A stretch of 64,000 bases of DNA from Candidatus Uhrbacteria bacterium (GTDB lineage Bacteria; Patescibacteriota; Patescibacteriia; UBA9934; GWF2-40-263), in NCBI GenBank assembly GCA_016219925.1, contig JACRJU010000013.1, positions 980-64,979 on the forward strand. Reading direction: 5' to 3'. The notes beneath the pieces are model-generated. The model searched no databases. It had not been told where the DNA came from and saw only the letters and a list, made by a program, of their open reading frames with translations. This document shows positions 32,412-41,881 of this stretch, piece after piece. Both the position numbers and the translations under genes were made by a program. Numbering within the stretch: the first letter of the stretch is position 1; each line of letters opens with the position of its first letter.

Positions 32412-33568
32412 ATGAAGAGCGCCTTCAGACGCTATTTGTGGTCGGGCTTGCGCTTTCCGCGTTGGTTGGAGCTATCGCGGGAGCTTTTGCGGTCATGGTA
32501 TTTTCCCACGCTCCGTTTTTCAGCAATTCGCTCTCGTCAGCCAGTGATAAACGACTCGTTTCTTTGGTGGAAGAAGAAAGTGCGACGATTGATGTGGTAA
32601 ATCGTGTGGCGCCGGCCGTGGTCAGTATTGTCGTAAAACAAGAACGGGGGAAAGTGCGTTTTGAATCACTCCTTTTTGGATCATCGCCGGATGTTCATGA
32701 ACTTATAGAGGTCTCGAGTGGATCTGGATTCTTTGTGAGCGCGGACGGATATGTTCTCACCAATCGACATGTGGTTTCGGAAAAAGATGCAACTTTCTTT
32801 GTCGTGACCAACGACGGTAAAGAATTTCCCGCAACCCTCGTAGACACGGATCCTTTTTTGGATGTGGCGGTCCTGCATGTAGATGGCAACGAGTTTCCTA
32901 CAGCTGACTTAGGGGAGTCTAACGACGTGCGCATCGGCCAGACCGTAATCGCAATCGGGAATACGCTTTCAGAATTTCACAACACCGTGACCAAAGGGGT
33001 GATTTCGGGCATTAATCGTCGAGTAACAGCGGGTTCGGCCAATGCCGCAGATGTAATCGAACAAGCGATTCAAACAGACGCCGCTATCAACCCCGGGAAT
33101 TCCGGTGGGCCGCTCATCAATTTGCACGGGGAGATCATCGGCATCAATACGGCGGTGAGTGTGGAAGGAGAAGCCATCGCGTTTGCCATCCCGATCGATC
33201 AAGCTAAACGGGCAGTTGATGATGTGCGTGCTTTTGGCCGCATTGTTCGGCCGTGGCTCGGAGTGCGTTATGTTTTAGTGCAAGACGAAGAGGCTCAAGA
33301 CAAACGGCGGTATGATTTTGGCGCACTCATTGTGGCTGGCACGCGACCCAGCGAGCCCGGCGTTGTCCCCGGAAGTCCGGCACAGAAATCGGGCCTGAAA
33401 GAAAAAGATATCATTACCAAAATCGATGGGACTTCCATCAGCCAGGATCATTCACTTTCCGAATTGATCGCGAGCAAGCGGCCAGGCGATCACGTCGAAC
33501 TGGAATTGTTGCGTGATGGGGTCATTCAGCAAATTTCTGTTACCCTTGAAGAGTACGCCGCGCTTTAA
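32408..33568 (+). CDS. HtrA-like serine protease with PDZ domain
   Basis: TNRHV, DVAVL, QTDAAINPGNSGGPL. Confidence 0.93.
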   Translation: MNEERLQTLFVVGLALSALVGAIAGAFAVMVFSHAPFFSNSLSSASDKRLVSLVEEESATIDVVNRVAPAVVSIVVKQERGKVRFESLLFGSSPDVHELIEVSSGSGFFVSADGYVLTNRHVVSEKDATFFVVTNDGKEFPATLVDTDPFLDVAVLHVDGNEFPTADLGESNDVRIGQTVIAIGNTLSEFHNTVTKGVISGINRRVTAGSANAADVIEQAIQTDAAINPGNSGGPLINLHGEIIGINTAVSVEGEAIAFAIPIDQAKRAVDDVRAFGRIVRPWLGVRYVLVQDEEAQDKRRYDFGALIVAGTRPSEPGVVPGSPAQKSGLKEKDIITKIDGTSISQDHSLSELIASKRPGDHVELELLRDGVIQQISVTLEEYAAL

Positions 33569-33577
33569 CCTTTCTTT

Positions 33578-34981
33578 ATGAGACGAACAAAAATCGTGTG
33601 CACGATTGGTCCTGCCAGTGCTTCACCGACAAAATTACACGCCTTGATGCGTGCTGGCATGGACGTTGCTCGATTGAATTTATCTCACGGCACACATCGA
33701 GACCATCACCGCATCCTGAAAACCATTCGCCAAACCGCGCGCGAGCTTGGCAAGCCAGTCGCCATCGTCGGAGATCTTCAAGGTCCAAAAATTCGTTTAG
33801 GCGAACTTCCTGCCGCTGGGGTTGCTTTGAAAGCCCACAGTTCCGTTGTCATCAATAGTGCCGCCACCACTTTTCAGAAAGGGGAGCTTCCGGTGACCTA
33901 TGCGAATTTGTTTAAAGATGTGAACGTAGGGGAGCGTTTGTTGATTGATGATGGTCTGCTTGAGCTCAAGATTACACGCGTTGCCAAAAAAAAAATTTAT
34001 GCAACGGTCGTGAACGGGGGAACGGTGACCTCGCATAAGGGCATGAACTTTCCCGACTCGCAACTTTCCCTCAGCTCGCTGACGAGCAAAGATCGGGAAG
34101 ATGTTGTGTTTGCCGTGGGACAAGGAGTGGATTGGGTGGCGTTGTCGTTTGTGAAATCTGTGGCGGATGTGAAGCTTTTGCGCCGGCTCATTGCGAAAGC
34201 AAGCAAACCTGGAATGATAAAACCTCTCATCATCGTGAAAATCGAAAAGCATGAGGCGGTCGCAAATTTTGATGCGATTTTGGAAGAGGCCGATGGGGTG
34301 ATGGTTGCGCGCGGTGACTTGGGCATCGAGGTGCCTGCCCAAGAAGTTCCCGTGATTCAAAAGACATTCGTGGAGAAATGTCGCAAAGCCGGCAAACCGG
34401 TTATCGTGGCAACCCAGATGCTTGATTCCATGATCCGCAATCCGCGTCCGACGCGTGCGGAAGTTTCCGATGTGGCCAATGCGGTTTTTGATCACACCGA
34501 TGCGGTGATGCTCTCCGGCGAGACGGCTTCGGGAAAGTATCCGGTGCAGGCGGTAAAAATGATGGCCTCCATTGTGCAGGAAGCCGAGCGCTCCGTATTT
34601 GATGACGTGACTTTTTTTGAGTCCTCAACAACTGATGCGGTTGCGGCACTATCCCAACAACTGAAACTCGCGGCCGTTCAGGGGTCCATCGAGGCGGTTG
34701 TGGCTTCTTTGGAATTGGCCTCTTGGGCACCGACGATTCATCGAGAGCATCCGGAGATCCCCTTGTTTCTCGCGTGCTCTTCACAAGAGGAGGCGCGGCA
34801 AAATGTTTTGCGATGGGGCGTCCAACCGTTAGTTCTCAAAAACGCTCGCGAGCAAACGTTTGCTCGACGAGCGTTCTCATGGCTCCTGAAGGAGCATCTG
34901 TTAAAGTCACACGCACACGTCGCTCTCGTGTTGGGCGGCAGACATGGCAAAGCGTTTGATGTCGTGGAGGCTAAGGGTTGA
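33578..34981 (+). CDS. pyk: pyruvate kinase
   Basis: RRTKIVCTIGPAS, DLQGPKIR, MVARGDLG, ATQMLDSM, MLSGETA. Confidence 0.98.
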   Translation: MRRTKIVCTIGPASASPTKLHALMRAGMDVARLNLSHGTHRDHHRILKTIRQTARELGKPVAIVGDLQGPKIRLGELPAAGVALKAHSSVVINSAATTFQKGELPVTYANLFKDVNVGERLLIDDGLLELKITRVAKKKIYATVVNGGTVTSHKGMNFPDSQLSLSSLTSKDREDVVFAVGQGVDWVALSFVKSVADVKLLRRLIAKASKPGMIKPLIIVKIEKHEAVANFDAILEEADGVMVARGDLGIEVPAQEVPVIQKTFVEKCRKAGKPVIVATQMLDSMIRNPRPTRAEVSDVANAVFDHTDAVMLSGETASGKYPVQAVKMMASIVQEAERSVFDDVTFFESSTTDAVAALSQQLKLAAVQGSIEAVVASLELASWAPTIHREHPEIPLFLACSSQEEARQNVLRWGVQPLVLKNAREQTFARRAFSWLLKEHLLKSHAHVALVLGGRHGKAFDVVEAKG

Positions 34982-35690
34982 GAAGTTTGGCAAAAAGACG
35001 CCTGGACGTAACCCTCTGGACGAGCGTCATGATTATTTCGTCAGATTTTGGGACGTGGACGACACGTTCGATAATAAACGTGTTTTTTTCGTCAGCGCTA
35101 TAGAGGCTGTTGTCCGATTTGATGAGACTCACATCGTTTAGGATGATGCTGTTTTGCCAGTCTTCAACTTCAGTAGCTTTTTTTAATTCAGCCGCGGTGT
35201 CGACGATCTGCCAGAAGGGTTTATCGGTTCGATAAGTTGTTTCTTCACTTGGCATAAGCCACGTTCGACAAGGTTGATCCAAGCAGGCCTGCACGGTCAT
35301 GGTGTATTTTGTGTCGGACTTCAGATCGGAAAGATCGAGACTTGTTCGATCATGTTCACCGGATTCTATGCGCGTCCATCTCGTGCGAGGGTCGGTGATT
35401 GTGATGAGGAAGTGGTGATACGTTTGAGTCGGGGGTTGCCAGGTGAGGCGGATGTAGGTTGAGGATCCATGCGTTTCCCCAGCGATGTCCGTTGGGTTAA
35501 ATGGGCCGCTTATGAGCTGGCCGTCCCAGATACTTGTGGCGTCGCGATAGAGCGCGGTATGGATTTTATCTGCGAGCAAGGCCGACTGTTTTTCCGCGGT
35601 GCGTTTTGCGTTGAGTACGACAACGGTTGTTGTTAAAGCTCCGGCCAGCAGGACCATGGTGGCGATCAAGATGAAGGTTTTGTAGGTCAT
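34971..35690 (-). CDS. membrane-anchored fibronectin type III-like domain protein
   Basis: Start MTYKTF; TM; IRLTWQPP...LSDLKSDTKYTMTVQAC. Confidence 0.7.
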   Translation of the reverse strand: MTYKTFILIATMVLLAGALTTTVVVLNAKRTAEKQSALLADKIHTALYRDATSIWDGQLISGPFNPTDIAGETHGSSTYIRLTWQPPTQTYHHFLITITDPRTRWTRIESGEHDRTSLDLSDLKSDTKYTMTVQACLDQPCRTWLMPSEETTYRTDKPFWQIVDTAAELKKATEVEDWQNSIILNDVSLIKSDNSLYSADEKNTFIIERVVHVPKSDEIIMTLVQRVTSRRLFAKLLNP

Positions 35691-35864
35691 AGCACCCAAA
35701 TGGTAGCAAACCCTGGGATGGTTGCAAGTCAAAAAAGGGTATGTTAATATTCCGGCGTTCTCTGGATATGGCCGTACAGAAGAACGAGTGGTCATATCCT
35801 GTTCGTTCGCTCGGGAATGGATCAAACCCCGAAGGGGTTGACCCATTCCACTCATTTCACTCAC

Positions 35865-35942
35865 GGATCGGTGGTGTAGCCCGGTTAACACGTCTCCCTG
35901 TCACGGAGAAGATCGCGGGTTCGAATCCCGTCCGGTCCGCCA
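35865..35942 (+). tRNA. tRNA-Asp(GTC)
   Basis: GGATCGG/CCGGTCC acceptor stem, TCTCC-CT-GTC-AC-GGAGA anticodon arm, GGTTCGAATCC, CCA. Confidence 0.95.
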
Positions 35943-36017
35943 GAAAGTCGCTTCTGCAGACGCAGAGGCGTTTTTCTTTTTATCTTCGCCGAATTCTGGA
36001 GTTCCAACTGATTTTCA

Positions 36018-36707
36018 TTAAAGAAACCTCTTTAATTCATCTTTTACCTCTTTTGAATACGAAGAATAGTTTTTGAAGTAATCGATTTGTGAATAGAGAT
36101 ATTCTAAAGGATCGCCGCAATCAAGATAATGCCCATCTAGAATTATAGTTGCCAGAAGACCAGTGTCCTCCTTCATAATATTTATGATGTCTGTAAGCCA
36201 AAGTTCACCATGTAGTCCTGGGACTGTTTTATCAAGTGCATCGAATACAGATGGCAACAGAACATAAGCACCATGTGTAGCAAAAGATGACGGCTCTTCA
36301 CCGAACTTTGGTTTTTCGACAATGCGAACGATCTCCTTTACGTTTTCTTCTCCGTTTATATCCTTAAATTCTGCCATTCCGTACCTGCTACGTTTTGTAG
36401 GATCTTTAATTTCTATAGCAGAAATAACTGGTTTTTTATATTTTTCAAATGTCTCTAAGCATTGCTGAATTCGAGGTTTATATTTTGAGATGATAATTTC
36501 GTCAGACCAGACAAGAACGAACGGCTCATCGGAAACGAGATGTCTCGCTGCTTCAAGCGCTCCTCCATTTCCATACGGTGGTTTAGTGTACACAAAACTA
36601 AAATTCGCCATCTCTGTAATACGCTTCAACTCAGTAACCTGGTCTTTTTTTCCAAGCTTCAGAAAGTAATCCTCAAGAATTTCATTTGGGGAGAAAAAAC
36701 TTTCTGC
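36018..36707 (-). pseudogene. 5'-truncated UTP--glucose-1-phosphate uridylyltransferase (GalU-like)
   Basis: Frame reads FFSPNEILEDYFLKLGKK...PYGNGGAL...IVEKP...GELWLTD; lacks the N-terminal GxGTR motif and any proper start; low GC. Confidence 0.8.
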
Positions 36708-37120
36708 TCAGGAACAAAATGATGGATATTATATTTTTGAGCAAGTTCCCCATTTTTTTCTTGAAATTTAGGATCTGATCCGTCAAGAAAATAAATATCT
36801 TTCTTAGGATAATCTAAAGAGAAAAGACAAATAAATGTTGCTTCAAGGACACCGAGCGGTTCATTGCGTGCTGGCACTAAAACCGTGACATCGGGCAAGT
36901 TTTTTGTATCAAGTTTTACGCGTCGATAACGATTTGCATTTGGCTTTCCTAGTCGAATAATGCTAGTCAAAAATCCAAATGACTGTAGAATTGCGTGTCC
37001 TTCAGCAAAAAGTAGTAACAACCCAAAAAATACGTTTAAGATGCCTATGCTTTGTGAAGCATAGGTGTAAACACGAAATCCAAAATAGACTATTAGACTT
37101 CCTAACGCTAAACTCGCCAA
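36659..37120 (-). pseudogene. 3'-truncated GT2 (cellulose-synthase-like) glycosyltransferase fragment
   Basis: TMs then LPDVTVLVPARNEP...LDYP..IYFLDGS; ends abruptly by running out of frame into galU sequence. Confidence 0.75.
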
Positions 37121-37305
37121 GTGTGTGTGTGTTGTCTCACATTCAACAATTCTATTGTGAAATTATATCATAAACGTGCGTCATTGGCTTTAGGTTTAAG
37201 TGATTTTCCCGGGGTTGGCGACGCAACAAAACTTAAATCTAAACCACCTCGTTGGGCTTTTCTACTCTGAAATAGGTTCCGACCCCTTCCACAACGTCCC
37301 GCCAG

Positions 37306-37338
37306 AAAAACAACCTGATTTCATCAGGTTGTTTTTTT
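37306..37338. terminator. intrinsic terminator-like hairpin
   Basis: AAAAACAACCTGAT-TTC-ATCAGGTTGTTTTTTT. Confidence 0.7.
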
Positions 37339-37434
37339 ACCCACGAATGCAAGGACGGAGTTCGAACTCCAGAGAGTTCGGAGGGTCGTTCCCCAAACTT
37401 TTAGGACGGAGGGGGAACCGCAAGAACAAAAATT

Positions 37435-37866
37435 TTAAAAATTCGGTTTTGATCTCATTTCTTTTTGTCGCTGTTGTAAACGTGAGAAACGTTCTTGAGC
37501 TTCCTGAACATTTTTCGTATTCATAAATTCTTTTGGAACACCAAATGCATCACAAATTCTTTGCCCGAATTTTGGTCCTTTATCCATCGTCCAATTTTCT
37601 ATTCCCTGTTTTACAACTTCCTCTATATCTCTGTTTGGAACGCGAAATAAATCTCTTATTTTGATTGCGGTTTCAAAATTATCACTTGAACGAGAGTCAA
37701 GAAGATGTTGTGTAATCCCACCGATAGCGGCATCTCTGACCTCATTATTATCCAGAATTTCAGACGGAATTGGACCGTCTCCAAGAGTTTTTAGGACTTC
37801 TTCCAAAAAACCGAATCGTAAATCTTCAACGATATCGTTGACCAATTTTTGAGTTTGTGGGTTCAT
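37435..37866 (-). CDS. hypothetical protein (low GC)
   Basis: 143-aa ORF with AAGGAG upstream. Confidence 0.6.
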   Translation of the reverse strand: MNPQTQKLVNDIVEDLRFGFLEEVLKTLGDGPIPSEILDNNEVRDAAIGGITQHLLDSRSSDNFETAIKIRDLFRVPNRDIEEVVKQGIENWTMDKGPKFGQRICDAFGVPKEFMNTKNVQEAQERFSRLQQRQKEMRSKPNF

Positions 37867-37890
37867 AAATTTACGTTCGCTCCTTATTTT

Positions 37891-38607
37891 TTACACAGGT
37901 ATCCCCACCGCCTTTTTTAGTTCGTTCACTTCGGAATCGGTGAGAGAGCGCCATTTGCCGGCAGGATAGGTGGAGGGCATTTTGAGCGTGAGAATGCGCG
38001 TGCGTTTGAGTGAGACCACGCGGTATCCGAGAGCTTCGCACATGCGGCGAATCTGACGGTTGCGTCCTTCGCGCAAGATAATCGCGAAGCGTTTGGTATC
38101 CATCTGCCGCACCTTGGCCGGAAGCGTCATGCCGTCCTTAAGCCCCATGCCGTTTTGCCACTGCTTGATATCTTTTGATAGAAGCGACCGATCTACTTCG
38201 ACCACATACTCTTTATCGTGCTCATAACGCGGGTGCATGAGTCGGTTTGAAAGGGTCCCATCGTTGGTCAACAAGAGAAGCCCTTCGCTTTGGACATCCA
38301 ATCGGCCAACGGGGAAAACTCGTTCTTCCAGATCGATCAGATCCATCACGTTGTCTTTTTTGTGCCGGTCCGAAGTGACGATCACCCCGACCGGCTTGTT
38401 GAGCAAGAGGTAAATTTTTTTGGGTTGGATCTTTTTGGCGCGGCCTTCCACGCGCACCGTATCGCTCTCGCTAACCTTGTCACCAAGCTTGGCGCGTTTG
38501 TCATTGATAAAAACCCGCCCGGACTCAATGAGTCGGTCGGCTTCTCGTCGTGAACAATAACCTTGTTCAGAGAGATACTTGTTGATGCGGACAGGAAGAT
38601 TTTTCAT
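37891..38607 (-). CDS. RsuA/RluB/RluF-family rRNA pseudouridine synthase
   Basis: S4 domain (RINKYL..CSRREAD), NKPVG, GRLD, EGRNRQIRRM. Confidence 0.95.
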   Translation of the reverse strand: MKNLPVRINKYLSEQGYCSRREADRLIESGRVFINDKRAKLGDKVSESDTVRVEGRAKKIQPKKIYLLLNKPVGVIVTSDRHKKDNVMDLIDLEERVFPVGRLDVQSEGLLLLTNDGTLSNRLMHPRYEHDKEYVVEVDRSLLSKDIKQWQNGMGLKDGMTLPAKVRQMDTKRFAIILREGRNRQIRRMCEALGYRVVSLKRTRILTLKMPSTYPAGKWRSLTDSEVNELKKAVGIPV

Positions 38608-38823
38608 AAGTCACTTTTAGAATATCCAAAACCGGCTATCCGCACAAGAATCAGAAAAGAAAAAGAGACGGCCGACTGGAGAACCAGTGCGACCGTCTTG
38701 AAGCCGTAGAAGCCAACTACGGCGAGGGGAGGCGGCAAGGGCTTTCCCATTCCAGCCACCATCCTCCAGGAACGGAGCCTCCACCGGTGCCCGCTGGCAA
38801 AGCGGACTTTTTGCCCGATGGAG

Positions 38824-39723
38824 TTACTGAGGATTTGAGCCACCCCCTGTGCTGGCCGCGGGCGCGGGCGTTGTGACCGTTGTGTTGCCGGCTGTGCAGT
38901 TGTTGCTACAGGTCGGGTTCACGACAGCCGCGTTGCTGATGCCACCCGCGGGGATCGCGGAGGCACTGCTCGCAGCCGCGCCTGCCGGAATCGGCGAGGC
39001 GTTGCCCGTGTGGAAAGTCCCGATTCCCGTCGTGACCATCCACCACAGGCCGAACAGGAGGGCCAGTAGGATGATGATCGGCGCGGCGAAGGCGAGCGCC
39101 GAGAGGCCGCGGTCGGCCCAAGTGCGCCAGCGCGGCGGAGCCGGAGGGGCCGGTGGGGCAACCGGGCCGCCAGGTGCAGGCGGGGCACCGGGAGCCGGTC
39201 CCAGCACGATGTGCATCGGGATCGGCGGCGGCGGTGCGATGTGCACCGGCACGGGCACAACCGCCACGGCTGGGGCACCAAGCGCCGGAGGGGCCGGAGG
39301 CGCAGGCGGTGCTCCGGGTGCGATGGGCGGGGGCGCGACCGGCGGGAGAGCCGGAGGCGCAGGGGGTGCGCCAGGAACGGGCGGAGGCGCAGGCAGCGGC
39401 GGCGGTGCGGCCGCGAGAGCGACCACGTCCACGTCCTGCCCAGCCACCTCGGTCAGTAGGTCCGTTGTGCGGACCACGCCGAGATGGTAGTGGCCGGGCG
39501 CCTGGAAGCCCCGCGTGCTCCTGAAGGTCAGGTTCGAGGGGTGTCCGGCACCCACCGCACCGACGCGCGCGGTGTCGCGATCAATGACGATCGGGGCACC
39601 GGCCGGCGTGACGAGGAGCCGAAACTCCGCGCCTGGGGGGTTGTCCGGAGGAGTGACCTCCAACCGGACGGCGAGAGCCGAGCCCTCGACGATGTTGGGG
39701 GGCGCGTGAAGCGTAAACGCCAT
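38824..39723 (-). CDS. Pro-rich single-pass membrane protein (GC3-rich class)
   Basis: AGGAGGA SD before MAFTLHAPP; beta-rich N-domain, PPAPPA linker, TM, short tail. Confidence 0.75.
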   Translation of the reverse strand: MAFTLHAPPNIVEGSALAVRLEVTPPDNPPGAEFRLLVTPAGAPIVIDRDTARVGAVGAGHPSNLTFRSTRGFQAPGHYHLGVVRTTDLLTEVAGQDVDVVALAAAPPPLPAPPPVPGAPPAPPALPPVAPPPIAPGAPPAPPAPPALGAPAVAVVPVPVHIAPPPPIPMHIVLGPAPGAPPAPGGPVAPPAPPAPPRWRTWADRGLSALAFAAPIIILLALLFGLWWMVTTGIGTFHTGNASPIPAGAAASSASAIPAGGISNAAVVNPTCSNNCTAGNTTVTTPAPAASTGGGSNPQ

Positions 39724-39799
39724 GGTTTCCTCCTGAATGGGTTTTTGTGACTCCTTACCAACGTGATAAAGAGCGTCCGAAACCGTTTCGGAACCCGAA

Positions 39800-39828
39800 A
39801 AAATAACACAAAAAAACGATTTTGTCAA
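39800..39828 (-). promoter_or_regulatory. sigma70-like promoter
   Basis: TTGACA-17bp-TATTTT on minus strand. Confidence 0.55.
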
Positions 39829-39840
39829 TCGTTTATACAA

Positions 39841-39867
39841 AAAACCCGCGATTTTCGCGGGTTTTTT
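39841..39867. terminator. terminator downstream of rplT
   Basis: AAAACCCGCGA-TTT-TCGCGGGTTTT. Confidence 0.75.
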
Positions 39868-40212
39868 CTAACGGATTTTCTCAACGACTTTTTTGAAAAC
39901 TTCTGGGTGATCCTTGGCAAGTGTTGAGAGGATCTTGCGATCAAGTGCGACATTGGCCTTCTTAAGTCCATCAATAAATCGGCTGTAGTTCATCTCAAGC
40001 GGACGAAGCGCGGCGTTCAATCGGATCTGCCAGAGGCGGCGCATGGTGCGTTTTTTGTTGCGGCGATCGCGGTAGGCATAAACGCCGGCTTTTAAAGCCG
40101 CTGGGCGAGCGACGCGGATTTTCGACTTGCGCCCCCACATCATGCCTTTGGTTTTTTCCAGCAAGCTTTTGCGTCGCTTGACGTGTTGGGTTCCTCGTTT
40201 AACTCGTGGCAT
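39868..40212 (-). CDS. rplT: 50S ribosomal protein L20
   Basis: MPRVKRG...YAYRDRRNKKR..RRLWQIRLNAA. Confidence 0.97.
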   Translation of the reverse strand: MPRVKRGTQHVKRRKSLLEKTKGMMWGRKSKIRVARPAALKAGVYAYRDRRNKKRTMRRLWQIRLNAALRPLEMNYSRFIDGLKKANVALDRKILSTLAKDHPEVFKKVVEKIR

Positions 40213-40220
40213 AAGTTTTT

Positions 40221-40409
40221 TTATTCCCCCATCAATGTCTTAACCGCTTTGCTGTACGACGCAAATGTTTTATCGCGGCGCTTCTTGCGGGTGATTTTTC
40301 CGGGATCGCGGCTATTGAAGTGATCCTGTCCGGCGGCTCGCTTGAGCACCTTGCCGGTTTTGGTGATGGTGAACCGTTTGGAAACGGCTTTATGGGTTTT
40401 CAATTTCAT
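40221..40409 (-). CDS. rpmI: 50S ribosomal protein L35
   Basis: MKLKTHKAVSKRFTITKTGK; located between infC and rplT. Confidence 0.95.
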   Translation of the reverse strand: MKLKTHKAVSKRFTITKTGKVLKRAAGQDHFNSRDPGKITRKKRRDKTFASYSKAVKTLMGE

Positions 40410-40465
40410 AGCGGATATTTTCAAAGACGTGCGAAGTATAGGGAAGTGACGCGTCCCTGTCAAGA

Positions 40466-41017
40466 TTAGCTCTTGGCAATAATGGTTGAGAAGCGGCCGC
40501 CCAGATATTTGATTTCTTGCTCAACGCGCAGTTGATAGTCGGCGCGCAGACCTTCGACAAAGGTATTGATCACTTCTTCGGCCACATCCTTGTGGGCTTT
40601 TTCGCGGCCACGCATAGGGAGTTCAATCTTGACCTTGTCGCCACGATCTAAAAATTTAGCCGCTTGTTTTTGTCTGACCCCGGCATCATGCGCACCAATA
40701 CGCACCGAAAGCCGAATCGCTTTTATTTCAACTTCTTTTGCCTGCGCTTTTTGTTTGCGCGCTTCTTTTTCTTTTTGGTATTTGAATTGTCCGTAGTCCA
40801 AAATTTTGCAAACAGGCGGTTCGGCCTTGGGGGAAACTTCAACCAAGTCAAGCTCTTTGCTTTGAGCAAGCTCGATGGCCTTGGTGGTTGGCATCACCCC
40901 AAGGGCCTGTCCGTTTTCATCAATGACACGAACCTGCTCGGCACGAATGCGCTCATTGGCCCAGTATTTTTGGACGTTGAGCGATGAGTGGTGCAGGCGA
41001 TGACGGTGAATACGCAT
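40466..41017 (-). CDS. infC: translation initiation factor IF-3
   Basis: NERIRAEQVRVID, DLVEVSPKAEPPVCKILDYG, RGRE. Confidence 0.97.
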   Translation of the reverse strand: MRIHRHRLHHSSLNVQKYWANERIRAEQVRVIDENGQALGVMPTTKAIELAQSKELDLVEVSPKAEPPVCKILDYGQFKYQKEKEARKQKAQAKEVEIKAIRLSVRIGAHDAGVRQKQAAKFLDRGDKVKIELPMRGREKAHKDVAEEVINTFVEGLRADYQLRVEQEIKYLGGRFSTIIAKS

Positions 41018-41082
41018 AGAGATGGAAAAAGTTTATGGGAAAGAGTGGAAAAAATCAAGTAATGAGGTAGAGTAGGGAGGAA

Positions 41083-41529
41083 ATGAAACAGGTCGCTTAT
41101 AATAAACGGGCCGGGTTTGACTTTGAACTTCTGGATAAACAGGAAGCGGGTTTGGTGTTAACCGGACCGGAAGTTAAAGCGGTTAAGGCCGGCCTGGTGC
41201 AATTTAAGGGAGCGTTTTTGGATATTCGGAAAGGGGAGTTGTGGCTCAAGAATGCGCATATCACTCCGTATGGTCCGGCCGCATCAGCCCAGCAGGGATA
41301 TGAACCAACGCGCGACCGTAAAGTGCTGGTTCATAAGCGGGAACTCAAGCGTTTGATTGGCAAGAAGCAAGCTGAAGGATTGACGCTGGTGCCCGTGAGT
41401 TTGTATATCAAGAACAATTTGGTGAAGCTTGAGTTTGCTGTGGCTCGTGGCAAAAAAAAATATGAGAAGCGCGAGGCGATCAAGAAGCGGGATGTGCAAA
41501 AGCAGATTCGTGAACGTTTGCGTGAATGA
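41083..41529 (+). CDS. smpB: SsrA-binding protein
   Basis: NKRAGFDF, EAGLVLTGPEVKA, ARGKKKYEKRE. Confidence 0.97.
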   Translation: MKQVAYNKRAGFDFELLDKQEAGLVLTGPEVKAVKAGLVQFKGAFLDIRKGELWLKNAHITPYGPAASAQQGYEPTRDRKVLVHKRELKRLIGKKQAEGLTLVPVSLYIKNNLVKLEFAVARGKKKYEKREAIKKRDVQKQIRERLRE

Positions 41530-41881
41530 TTTTTTCTCTCCTTTTCTTTCTCTTCTAAATCAAGCGAACAGGACAATGCCTGGTCGTTCTTATAACCTTT
41601 CTCTTTAACGTACAAACGTCTTTTTGCGGTTTATGCCATGTCGGAGGGAACAGCGGCGAGGAGTCCGCTGGCCCGGAGACATGGCATAAACCGCAAGACA
41701 ATACCGCCAACGATTGAAGAGATCGTTAGGGGACACTTTTGTCGACGTGTAGTCTGTGTTGAGGCGACAAAAGTTTGTCCCATCGATCTCGCTCACACCA
41801 GACGATAGGAGACAAAATGGAATGATAAATGAAGAGAGAAGGAGATAAAAAAATGAACCGCGGTGAAACGGTTCGGAGGGA

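Noticed and set aside
36685-36710. Programmed frameshift making a GT2-GalU fusion
   Set aside because: Both halves lack essential motifs, so a deletion scar is simpler.
38604-38843. 79-aa minus-strand ORF
   Set aside because: No SD or recognisable features; it overlaps the structured 3' region of the Pro-rich gene.
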